A DNA stretch of 41,712 nucleotides from a virus, in IMG/VR virus record IMGVR_UViG_3300025292_000001. One strand, given 5' to 3'. This document shows positions 7,118 through 13,761 of the stretch, piece by piece. A program made the translations under genes and the position numbers. Within the stretch, counting starts at the first letter, position 1; every line of letters begins with the position of its first letter. Below the pieces are notes generated by a model. That model was given only the letters and a program-made list of their open reading frames with translations, did not search any database and was not told where the DNA came from.

Positions 7118-7782
7118 AGCAATTCTCCCTGTCTTGCATCGTTGCGATCGAGCATGCGCAGAACCGTTTCGCCCTTGTGCCGCTTGTCCCAGACAAACCA
7201 GCCATTGAGCATTGGCGGGGCGCCCTGCCCGGTGAAATCGATCTTCCAGCGCATGAGATAGACACGTGCCGGGGGATGCTTGGCCCACAAGCCAGCATGT
7301 CCGCCTGCCCCCGGCCATGACCAGTTCATCAGAAGCGCCATGTAATCGACGCCGAGATTATCGAGTGCGTGCCAAATCCAGCGGCCTTTACCGTCGCGCT
7401 CATTGCATTCAGCGAAGGGCGGGTTTGTCACTATGGCCGGCGCTGGAGCCTCATCGAAGTCATAGAACGAGGCGATTTCAGCGCCGCAGCCACGGTCAAC
7501 CAGATCGGATGCAAAGACATCGAGACCCATGACCTGCATTTCTCGGACCATCGCACCGTCGCCTGCTGCTGGCTCCCACACCTTGCCGTATGAGCGAATC
7601 TGGTTCAGCTCTGCATGGAGGAAGGCGCGCGTCGGCTCTGGCGGCGTCGGGTAGAATTCATCAGGCTCACGCTCCAATGCTGCGCCCTTGACGATATTGC
7701 CCTCTAGGTCAAGCATGGCGACTGGCTTCGATTTCTTGCCGGTGGCGCGGAATAGGCCACGTGCTGATACAGGCGCATTCAT
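7114..7782 (-). CDS. Orphan N6-adenine DNA methyltransferase (gamma-class motif order), 222 aa
   Basis: FYPTPP, then EPAAGDGAM (SAM motif I), then TNPPF (motif IV). No restriction partner nearby. ATGA overlap with rusA. Confidence 0.8.
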   Translation of the reverse strand: MNAPVSARGLFRATGKKSKPVAMLDLEGNIVKGAALEREPDEFYPTPPEPTRAFLHAELNQIRSYGKVWEPAAGDGAMVREMQVMGLDVFASDLVDRGCGAEIASFYDFDEAPAPAIVTNPPFAECNERDGKGRWIWHALDNLGVDYMALLMNWSWPGAGGHAGLWAKHPPARVYLMRWKIDFTGQGAPPMLNGWFVWDKRHKGETVLRMLDRNDARQGELL

Positions 7783-8141
7783 GCTGCCAAACCTTCTTCT
7801 GCGGGTTGAATGATGAGCACACACGGCGCCGGCAGGTTTTCCGTCCAGTACATCGTGAGGCGCCGGCAATAGCTGTCGTCCTTCACGATGCCGTGCATGA
7901 CGAGAAAATCAGACAGGGCCTTTTCGTAATTCCCAAGGTCCCGAGCGCGCTTGTCTGGGCGCTCTAACGCGATCTGTAGGCTGTATGGCCCCATTCCCTG
8001 GCGATGGCCTTCCTTGACCTTTGTGGAGGCAAGGCGGATCCAATCGACATACTGTGCTGTCTTGTGCCGGCCGCGCTTATTGCCGCCGTTGGCATAGGCA
8101 GAGTTCACAGATGGCGGAAACGGGAGTTCAAGCTTGATCAT
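7779..8141 (-). CDS. rusA: RusA-family Holliday junction resolvase
   Basis: 120 aa. MIKLELPFPPSVNSAY...RDLGNYEKALSDFLV...DDS is typical of RusA. Confidence 0.8.
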   Translation of the reverse strand: MIKLELPFPPSVNSAYANGGNKRGRHKTAQYVDWIRLASTKVKEGHRQGMGPYSLQIALERPDKRARDLGNYEKALSDFLVMHGIVKDDSYCRRLTMYWTENLPAPCVLIIQPAEEGLAA

Positions 8142-8317
8142 GCCGCCTCCTCACGCTTGCGCGCTGCTTCCATAGACTTCGCGTAGTCGTCCCGGATATC
8201 GGTCCACATCTCCAGCTTCTGCCTTTGCGTGGCGTTCGGCTCTCCTGCCATGCGAGACCGGAGGCCGGTAAGCTCGTCGTTAAGGAAGGCGATCTTTTCA
8301 GGGACGCGGGCCGGCAT
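8138..8317 (-). CDS. Hypothetical helical protein, 59 aa (below the ORF-track cutoff)
   Basis: My own translation is MPARVPEKIAFLNDELTGLRSRMAGEPNATQRQKLEMWTDIRDDYAKSMEAARKREEAA. TAATG and ATGA junctions. Confidence 0.55.
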   Translation of the reverse strand: MPARVPEKIAFLNDELTGLRSRMAGEPNATQRQKLEMWTDIRDDYAKSMEAARKREEAA

Positions 8318-8745
8318 TATTGAGCCGCCTCTCTAAGCAGCCGAGCCAGATATCCCTTGCGCTCTGAACGCTCGATCCTGGCATTGAGGCGGAACATCTG
8401 CTCATCGAACATGCGCATCTTGTGGACGCCCGACACAGAATGGAGGCCAGCGACGTTCTGATTTATCGAGTTGTAAACGAAATTCAGACGCCGACGCTTC
8501 TCTTGCTCTTTCTCCTCGTCGGTCAGTTCACCGGAAAGGAACCGCTTGAGGCTGGCTATCTCCTTCAGGCGCCAGTCACCACCGTCAACCGCCTGCGATA
8601 TGGTATTGCCATAAAAGCCACCCATTGGCGGCATAGGGCCAATGGCGCCAAGACCTTTCGGCAGTTCAGCCACAGCAGCCTTTGCTGTCGCCGGTCCAAC
8701 CGCTACCGCGCCACCTAGGAATCCGAGAAAGCCGCGCCTCTTCAT
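8317..8745 (-). CDS. Hypothetical protein with twin-arginine (Tat) signal-like N-terminus, 142 aa
   Basis: MKRRGFLGFLGGAVAVGPATAKA-AV has an RRxFL motif, a hydrophobic core and an AxA cleavage-like site. Confidence 0.6.
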   Translation of the reverse strand: MKRRGFLGFLGGAVAVGPATAKAAVAELPKGLGAIGPMPPMGGFYGNTISQAVDGGDWRLKEIASLKRFLSGELTDEEKEQEKRRRLNFVYNSINQNVAGLHSVSGVHKMRMFDEQMFRLNARIERSERKGYLARLLREAAQ

Positions 8746-8754
8746 TCTTCGTCC

Positions 8755-9135
8755 CTAAGCTCCGGTGCGATTTTGAATGCCAACCATCTGGAGCAACGCA
8801 GCAACAATCTCGCCAAGGAGATGCGGATCCTGGCTCCCGAGGAGAGCTTCGGCTCTTGCGATTGCGTCATCATTCTTCCGCACCTCCTGACGTGCTTCGT
8901 AGACAAGCCCGCTGACTTCCTCGATGCGGAACAGCTCTTCGGGTTTGATTGATATACGGGGGTCAGCATACCAAGCATCCTTGGTTCTGCTGTACGACCA
9001 CCTGAGTTTGGTGGCTGCGATCTGAATGCGCCGCTGCATGTTCCCGAGGCTCGGAGGAGCTATCTCGTTCTTCAACGCGCCTTGGCAAAAAACAGCTACT
9101 GACATTTTGGACTTCTCCGAATCCTTTTCGGACAT
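8755..9135 (-). CDS. Hypothetical protein, ~126 aa (ORF is open to 9201)
   Basis: The ATG at 9135 has GGGAG upstream. The ATG at 9201 has no SD. No recognised motif. Confidence 0.45.
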   Translation of the reverse strand: MSEKDSEKSKMSVAVFCQGALKNEIAPPSLGNMQRRIQIAATKLRWSYSRTKDAWYADPRISIKPEELFRIEEVSGLVYEARQEVRKNDDAIARAEALLGSQDPHLLGEIVAALLQMVGIQNRTGA

Positions 9136-9333
9136 TTCCGAAACTCCCTGTGGTTCACTGAAACCGTCAGAAAGGACGGAAGCTATGAACCTCAGGAGCA
9201 TTCACACTGACGACCAGGAATCCAAAGGCGCAGACGCCAATCATGACGCCGAGGATTCCTCATTCATTTCACTGGGTCAGGTCACTCACGCGGTCGTAAT
9301 GAGACTTTCTAGCGACTTGCCCCGGATTAGGGT

Positions 9334-9415
9334 GCTAGCCCATCTCAACTCTTCGGAGGGAGACAGAGGAGACGGGCTAGCCTAACTGCCGGTTCGGAGG
9401 GAGGGGCGCCGGCAG
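9334..9415 (-). promoter_or_regulatory. Two adjacent stem-loops whose loops each carry the same 11-nt sequence (CUCCCUCCGAA on the minus-strand transcript)
   Basis: Stem 1 is 9386-9392/9409-9415 (CTGCCGG/CCGGCAG). Stem 2 is 9334-9341/9374-9381 (GCTAGCCC/GGGCTAGC). The 11-mer TTCGGAGGGAG occurs at 9352-9362 and 9393-9403 (plus-strand reading). Confidence 0.5.
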
Positions 9416-9424
9416 GTAGATGAA

Positions 9425-9646
9425 TTATTGGATGCGCAGCGTACCGGCCTCTACGACCGTTCCTGTGCCGAAAAGATCATCGTATTCCTGCTGCTGAGCG
9501 TCGTGGTCCTGCGCCTTGTAGCCTCGGCTTTCGAGCCAATGGCATAGGAACGCATAGACGCCAGCGCCAAAGAACATGCCGCAGACAACGCAGATGAATG
9601 ACCATGCAAGGAACTGATAGATATTCAGGGCGAGTTGTTCGCTCAT
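9425..9646 (-). CDS. Small membrane protein, 73 aa
   Basis: The hydrophobic N-terminal half (FLAWSFICVVCGMFFGAGVYAFLCHWL) fits two TM segments. ATGA overlap. Confidence 0.6.
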   Translation of the reverse strand: MSEQLALNIYQFLAWSFICVVCGMFFGAGVYAFLCHWLESRGYKAQDHDAQQQEYDDLFGTGTVVEAGTLRIQ

Positions 9647-9843
9647 TTCATGATCCTCTCAAAGGTCGAAGGTTCTTCCGGTTGACGGCGGTTGCGTTCG
9701 GCGAGAATTGCCAAGGCTATTTCCTTGATCGAAGCAGCGCGGAGACCGGCAGAACCGCCACAAGACTCGGCGCAATTGCAGAGAAGGTTATCCAGAGCCT
9801 CTTCGGCCGCTTCCATGATGTCGTCGGGTATGGCCTCGCTCAT
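9643..9843 (-). CDS. Hypothetical acidic protein, 66 aa
   Basis: Start MSEAIPDDIMEAAEEAL. ATGA overlaps at both ends. Confidence 0.55.
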   Translation of the reverse strand: MSEAIPDDIMEAAEEALDNLLCNCAESCGGSAGLRAASIKEIALAILAERNRRQPEEPSTFERIMK

Positions 9844-10178
9844 CGATCCGCCTCCTCTGCCGCAGTAATGGCTTTGGAGAAGATAGGATCGGCCGGGATG
9901 AAATACGGATGCCAAGCCACAGGTTGCTCATGAGTACCGAGGCCGTCCCACCTGCCCTTAGGCGTGAACTTGTTCGGCGGCAGCCAGCGCGACAGAAGTT
10001 TCTTGCCGCACTTCGTCCAGAGCCAAACGTTCTCATGAACATGCTCCGTGACGACCTTCACCTTTTCGCCAGACTTCTGCTCAGAGTGTCGCCAATGACC
10101 GCAGGGAGCGGAATCTATGTCCTTGCTCCAGCAATCGACGCCGGCCTCTTCGTTAACGAGGGTTACTGTGTCGGTCAT
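9840..10178 (-). CDS. Hypothetical protein, 112 aa, weakly DUF551-like
   Basis: Start MTDTVTLVNEE with an ATGA overlap. The Trp-rich pattern IDSAP...VWLWTK...RWDG...PVAWHPYFIP is present. Confidence 0.55.
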   Translation of the reverse strand: MTDTVTLVNEEAGVDCWSKDIDSAPCGHWRHSEQKSGEKVKVVTEHVHENVWLWTKCGKKLLSRWLPPNKFTPKGRWDGLGTHEQPVAWHPYFIPADPIFSKAITAAEEADR

Positions 10179-10780
10179 GCTGCGGCCCTCCACTGGCGAT
10201 AAGTGAGGCAATGAAGAACAGGATCAGCAACGAACTCATCGAGGCGTCGGAACTCTTCGGCGCTCGGTCGTATTGGGTTATGCGGTTGCCCCCAATCAAC
10301 AAAGCCGTCCCACTTATCGATGATTGCCTTGATGTCTTCGGGCGTGAACCTTCTGGTTTTTGTCACCCTCTGAGCCCTATCTACAGCGCACCGAACCTTG
10401 GCCTTATAGCTCCGGAACCCTTTGCGTATCTCAGTTTCAGGCTTGGACCCCTTCCCGAGTCCTCCGTGATTGATAATCCCTCTCTCATCAGAGAGATCGA
10501 TCGCCTCGGATATCTTCATCCCTTCCTTGAGCAGAGATATTGCCTTGAGAAGCCGTTCGCCGGGATGAAACCACTCGTGGTGAGAATGAAGATCGGCGAA
10601 GCACTTATGGAGCTTGCGCTCGACATCGTGCCCCCCTTCTTCCTGGTAAATGACCTCAAGCGGATAGGGCGACCAAAGAGCGATTGCCTTCAGCCTGTTA
10701 TCGACGAACATGGAGCATCCGATCTTGATCGGTCCCACGCTTCCGACTGGCTTGATGAAGTAGATGTGCTTGGCGCTCAT
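10175..10780 (-). CDS. T5orf172 / GIY-YIG-like domain protein, 201 aa
   Basis: IYFIKPVGSVGPIKIGCS...NRLKAI...ERKLHKCFADLHSHHEWFH matches the T5orf172 pattern. ATGA overlap with cro-like gene. Confidence 0.65.
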   Translation of the reverse strand: MSAKHIYFIKPVGSVGPIKIGCSMFVDNRLKAIALWSPYPLEVIYQEEGGHDVERKLHKCFADLHSHHEWFHPGERLLKAISLLKEGMKISEAIDLSDERGIINHGGLGKGSKPETEIRKGFRSYKAKVRCAVDRAQRVTKTRRFTPEDIKAIIDKWDGFVDWGQPHNPIRPSAEEFRRLDEFVADPVLHCLTYRQWRAAA

Positions 10781-10980
10781 GCTGCGCTCTCCCTCGCCGA
10801 CCGGAACGCATCAGGAAGCAGTTGTGCGCGAGGAATGCCTGTGAAGTCCTCGACCTCGGCGAGATGCTCGACCGGCACAGAGCGCCATTGCGAGACTGTC
10901 GAAGGCTGCAAGCCGAGATGGTCGGCAAGCCTCTTTTGCATTCCGCGATTTGCTTTGAAGAATTCGATTAGCTTTTCCAT
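10777..10980 (-). CDS. Cro/YdaS-like HTH regulator, 67 aa (the alternative TTG start at 10998 is unlikely)
   Basis: MEKLIEFFKANRGMQKRLADHLGLQPSTVSQWRSVPVEHL contains an HTH. Divergent from the cI-like gene. First gene of the early-left operon. Confidence 0.7.
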   Translation of the reverse strand: MEKLIEFFKANRGMQKRLADHLGLQPSTVSQWRSVPVEHLAEVEDFTGIPRAQLLPDAFRSARESAA

Positions 10981-10989
10981 ACCCCCATA

Positions 10990-11032
10990 TTCAGTCAAAA
11001 CGAAATTCAGTCAAGCGAAAAGTTTTCAGTCA
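10990..11032. promoter_or_regulatory. Operator cluster 1: three direct copies of TTCAGTCA in the cro/cI divergent region
   Basis: Copies at 10990-10997, 11006-11013 and 11025-11032. Their complements contain TTGACT -35-like hexamers facing the cro-like gene. Confidence 0.6.
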
Positions 11033-11075
11033 GCCGCTATGGATTGATTTTTTTATCAGGGCGAAAATTCAAGAC

Positions 11076-11417
11076 ATGGGAACGCGAGTCCGCACGAACT
11101 TCAAACCAGACGCTGGCCCCCGCCATTTCATCAAGCAATGGCGGAAGCACCGCGCGTTGACGCAGGAACAGTTGGCGAGCCGTGTGGACGTAGCCACCTC
11201 GACGATTTCCCAACTCGAAACAGGGAAGCAGGGCTATAGTCAGCCTATGCTTGAGGCGCTGGCAGATGCTCTTGGCTGCCAGCCGGCCGATCTCTTGATG
11301 CGCGATCCTCTTCGCGAGGGAGCAGTTTGGTCCATAGAACAGCAATTGAGGATGGCCACTCCCGAGCGTCGGGTGCAGATTATCGCCGTTGTGGAGACCA
11401 TGCTGAAGACGGGCTAA
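11076..11417 (+). CDS. cI-like XRE-family HTH repressor, 113 aa, no S24 peptidase domain
   Basis: WRKHRALTQEQLASRVDVATSTISQLETGKQGYSQPMLEALADALGCQPADLL is a canonical XRE HTH. Divergent from the cro-like gene. No SD upstream of the ATG. Confidence 0.75.
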   Translation: MGTRVRTNFKPDAGPRHFIKQWRKHRALTQEQLASRVDVATSTISQLETGKQGYSQPMLEALADALGCQPADLLMRDPLREGAVWSIEQQLRMATPERRVQIIAVVETMLKTG

Positions 11418-11614
11418 ACCCTCATCGCTAGGATGACTAGCGGAACCTTTGGGTCTTCTGGGTCGTATGTGATTTCAAAAGATTTGATGCCAGGTATTTG
11501 GGCTCTTACGAGAGGTTCAAGCTGGCTTATAAGCTCGTCCAGGCGAGCACCGCGAACAGCCTTCGGGCCAATTGCAGCCCCAGCCGTCACCGATAAAAAT
11601 TCTCTTCTGAGCAT
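11414..11614 (-). CDS. Possible small protein, 66 aa, with RRxFL N-terminus (MLRREFLSVTAGAAIG...)
   Basis: GAAGGGGG SD lies 9 nt upstream. The stop overlaps the cI stop (CTAA). Codon usage looks atypical (AGA, ATA, TTA, CTA; low GC3 by eye). Confidence 0.4.
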   Translation of the reverse strand: MLRREFLSVTAGAAIGPKAVRGARLDELISQLEPLVRAQIPGIKSFEITYDPEDPKVPLVILAMRV

Positions 11615-11883
11615 TTTGGGAGCACCCCCTTCGTGTTTTGTCCCCTTCGGGAACACGATAAGGGCGAATAGGGGGCTGGCAATACCCAAGATCGTGCATC
11701 AGCTGTTTCGAAAGTCGTCACATTCGGGTTTATGGTTGATGGTTTTCAGATCAGGCGACCCGTTTTGAAACGAGTTCGTATTAGTGCTCTTTTCTGAAAC
11801 TCCTGCCCTTCTATTAACTACCCTCAGAGCAAGAACCTTAAAACAAACGTAACCATTTAGAAATTCAGCTTTATAAATTGGAC

Positions 11884-11925
11884 ACGCATATTTGCGACCC
11901 TTTTAATACGCATATTTGCGACCCT
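11884..11925. repeat. Two perfect 18-bp direct repeats ACGCATATTTGCGACCCT, 24-bp period
   Basis: Copies at 11884-11901 and 11908-11925. Each contains CGCA-N4-TGCG dyad symmetry. A third GCGACCC occurs at 11755-11761. They sit at the edge of a ~230-bp AT-rich non-coding stretch. Confidence 0.9.
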
Positions 11926-12241
11926 AGCCCCATTCGAAGGGTAGTCGGATGTAGTAGACGTTCGGCTTTCTGTGGCTCCTGACGACTATCAAAATCCCCT
12001 CTTTCTCCAGCTCGGCAATAGCCCTGATAACCGTGTCTTGGGAAATGCTGAGGCGGTTTGCTATCTGCGAAATCGTATACCAGCAGCACTGGTTCTGGCC
12101 GTTCATCTTCTTCGCTAGCCAATAGCCGACGCGAAACGCTCGATCAGAGATCGAGGCCAGGTCGCATGTGTAGTCGAGCCATTTTCGGCGCTTTTCGTAG
12201 AACGCCGCAGCGGCGTCACCATTGTCGTTCCTGATATCCAT
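11924..12241 (-). CDS. Winged-helix/HTH DNA-binding protein, 105 aa (HTH_36-like)
   Basis: CCWYTISQIANRLSISQDTVIRAIAELEKEGILIV is a typical wHTH. Divergent from the early-right operon. No SD. Confidence 0.65.
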   Translation of the reverse strand: MDIRNDNGDAAAAFYEKRRKWLDYTCDLASISDRAFRVGYWLAKKMNGQNQCCWYTISQIANRLSISQDTVIRAIAELEKEGILIVVRSHRKPNVYYIRLPFEWG

Positions 12242-12264
12242 GCCGCGTTATCGCACGAATAATT

Positions 12265-12305
12265 TTCAGTCACAACGAATTTTTTGATTGACTGAATTTC
12301 AGTCG
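12265..12305. promoter_or_regulatory. Operator cluster 2: the TTCAGTCA motif again (one direct copy, one inverted copy, one 7/8 copy)
   Basis: Direct copy at 12265-12272. TGACTGAA at 12289-12296. TTCAGTCG at 12298-12305. Perfect dyad GACTGAA-T-TTCAGTC at 12290-12304. The 13-mer GAAATTCAGTCAA is shared with cluster 1. Confidence 0.6.
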
Positions 12306-12316
12306 AAGGCTAATCT
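12288..12316 (+). promoter_or_regulatory. Early-right promoter TTGACT-17-TAATCT
   Basis: -35 at 12288-12293, -10 at 12311-12316. It overlaps the dyad operator, about 75 nt upstream of the first ORF. Confidence 0.55.
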
Positions 12317-12391
12317 TCAACCATCAGCAGCGGCCACGAAGACTCCACCAGGACGATCTGCCCGCTGAGACAGTCAACCGAACGGAGAACG

Positions 12392-12685
12392 ATGATGGAA
12401 AAGTCGAAGGTCACATACAACCTCACTCACATGGAGGCCTTCCGTAAGGCTCGCCATTTGGCTGAGGTCGCCCGTCCGGCGGTCACGGATCACGAGTTCT
12501 GGAACAACGACTACACCGACGACATGATCGCGATCATCCGCGACCCGTCGTTCATGTCGAAGTCCTCGTTCTTCGCAGCAGCCCTGACCGACGAAGACCG
12601 CGACTTCTGCGAACAGTACCTCCTCCGCGCTCGTGAGATCGACAACGAAGACCGAGCGGCTCGCGACCGCCTCCGCGCTGCCTGA
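12392..12685 (+). CDS. Hypothetical protein, 97 aa, first early-right gene
   Basis: GGAG upstream of tandem ATGs at 12392/12395. No recognised motif. Confidence 0.6.
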   Translation: MMEKSKVTYNLTHMEAFRKARHLAEVARPAVTDHEFWNNDYTDDMIAIIRDPSFMSKSSFFAAALTDEDRDFCEQYLLRAREIDNEDRAARDRLRAA

Positions 12686-12766
12686 AGTGTTTCGGCATCC
12701 GCCCTTCACTGCGGCGGATATCCAACCACTCCACACCCCCACGGGGGAGATAAACGAGGAATACCG

Positions 12767-12955
12767 ATGGCAGAGACAAAGAGCCTCAGATGGTTCCGAG
12801 AGGAGAACTTCAACTGCCGTCAGTGCGGCAAGCGCGGCCATGGAACGCTGATGGGTGTCACCAACGAAAGCTACGGCATCCACTGCAAGAAATGCGCAGA
12901 CAAGCGTCTGAAGGCCAGCGCAAAGGCTCGCGAAGAAGCAAGGGAGACCGCGTGA
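12767..12955 (+). CDS. Small zinc-ribbon protein, 62 aa
   Basis: CRQC...H...CKKC. GAGGAA SD. Confidence 0.6.
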   Translation: MAETKSLRWFREENFNCRQCGKRGHGTLMGVTNESYGIHCKKCADKRLKASAKAREEARETA

Positions 12956-13152
12956 TGTCAGATCATGAATTGCCTTTCCGTCGCAAGGATATCGAGCGCG
13001 GCCTGATCCTGTTCCGCACGAGCAACAACGCCCACGGATACACGAACGTCAGCATCTTGTCCGAGAAGGTCGACAACCTCCCACAGGTGGCGAAGACCGA
13101 GCTTGCCAACATCATGCGGAACATCGCTGCCGAGTTGGACCCGATCGCCTGA
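12955..13152 (+). CDS. Hypothetical protein, 65 aa
   Basis: TGATG junction. Start MSDHELPFRRKD. Confidence 0.5.
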   Translation: MSDHELPFRRKDIERGLILFRTSNNAHGYTNVSILSEKVDNLPQVAKTELANIMRNIAAELDPIA

Positions 13153-13179
13153 CCTCCCCACAACCCAAGGACCACTAAC

Positions 13180-13512
13180 ATGAGCATGATGGACGTAAAG
13201 GCCACAATGCATCGCCGGATTGAAGAGCTGTTCGGCGCCATCGCTGGCAATTCCTCGGACGAAGAGTGCGAGGCCGCAGTTTGTCTCCACCTCAAGAGCT
13301 ACTTTTCGGACCTTGCATCCCTGAGCTTCTATCTCGGCTGTGATCCGAAGGTTTTCCAAGATGAAGCGGTTCCGGCGTCCGAGCTGGCCGGAGAAGCATA
13401 TTTCGAAATCAACCGTGAACGTGAGTTCGAAGCGCCGGCATGGAAGCCAGCTTACTCGACGCTCAATCAACGGACCCTTGGTCTTCGTGTTTCGGGAGCG
13501 GACCTGCGATGA
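13180..13512 (+). CDS. Hypothetical protein, 110 aa
   Basis: AAGGA SD. No recognised motif. Confidence 0.55.
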   Translation: MSMMDVKATMHRRIEELFGAIAGNSSDEECEAAVCLHLKSYFSDLASLSFYLGCDPKVFQDEAVPASELAGEAYFEINREREFEAPAWKPAYSTLNQRTLGLRVSGADLR

Positions 13513-13685
13513 CCCCGGAAGCACGCATCACCCGCCTCGAAAACACTCTCCGCATGCAGCGTGCATGGATCAGGCATTGGGACGAAGACGCCAAGTGCGG
13601 CCTTCCCCCGACGCGGGACAGCCTCGCAGACGCAGCGGACGAGATCGACGCAGCACTCAAGGCAAAGGATCGAGCCGATGCTTAG
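13509..13685 (+). CDS. Hypothetical protein, 58 aa
   Basis: ATGA overlap. Start MTPEARITRLENTLRMQ. Confidence 0.5.
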   Translation: MTPEARITRLENTLRMQRAWIRHWDEDAKCGLPPTRDSLADAADEIDAALKAKDRADA

Positions 13686-13761
13686 GAGCGCGCAAACTGA
13701 GCTGTCCTTTGCGATGGCTGTCTTCTTCTACATCGGCTTTCTTGCCGCAGGAGCAATCTAA
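13678..13761 (+). CDS. Possible 27-aa hydrophobic peptide
   Basis: MLRSAQTELSFAMAVFFYIGFLAAGAI. TAATG junction with erf. Very short, so weak support. Confidence 0.3.
   Translation: MLRSAQTELSFAMAVFFYIGFLAAGAI

Noticed and set aside
9026-9385. 119-aa plus-strand ORF across the 9202-9424 gap
   Set aside because: Half of it is antisense to the 8755..9135 gene. It has no SD. The gap is better explained by the twin-hairpin RNA elements.
10211-11047. 278-aa plus-strand ORF
   Set aside because: It is antisense to the ATGA-coupled T5orf172 and cro-like genes and crosses the operator region. It has no SD and no motifs.
12374-12883. 169-aa minus-strand ORF
   Set aside because: It is antisense to the first early-right genes, which have a promoter and SD support.
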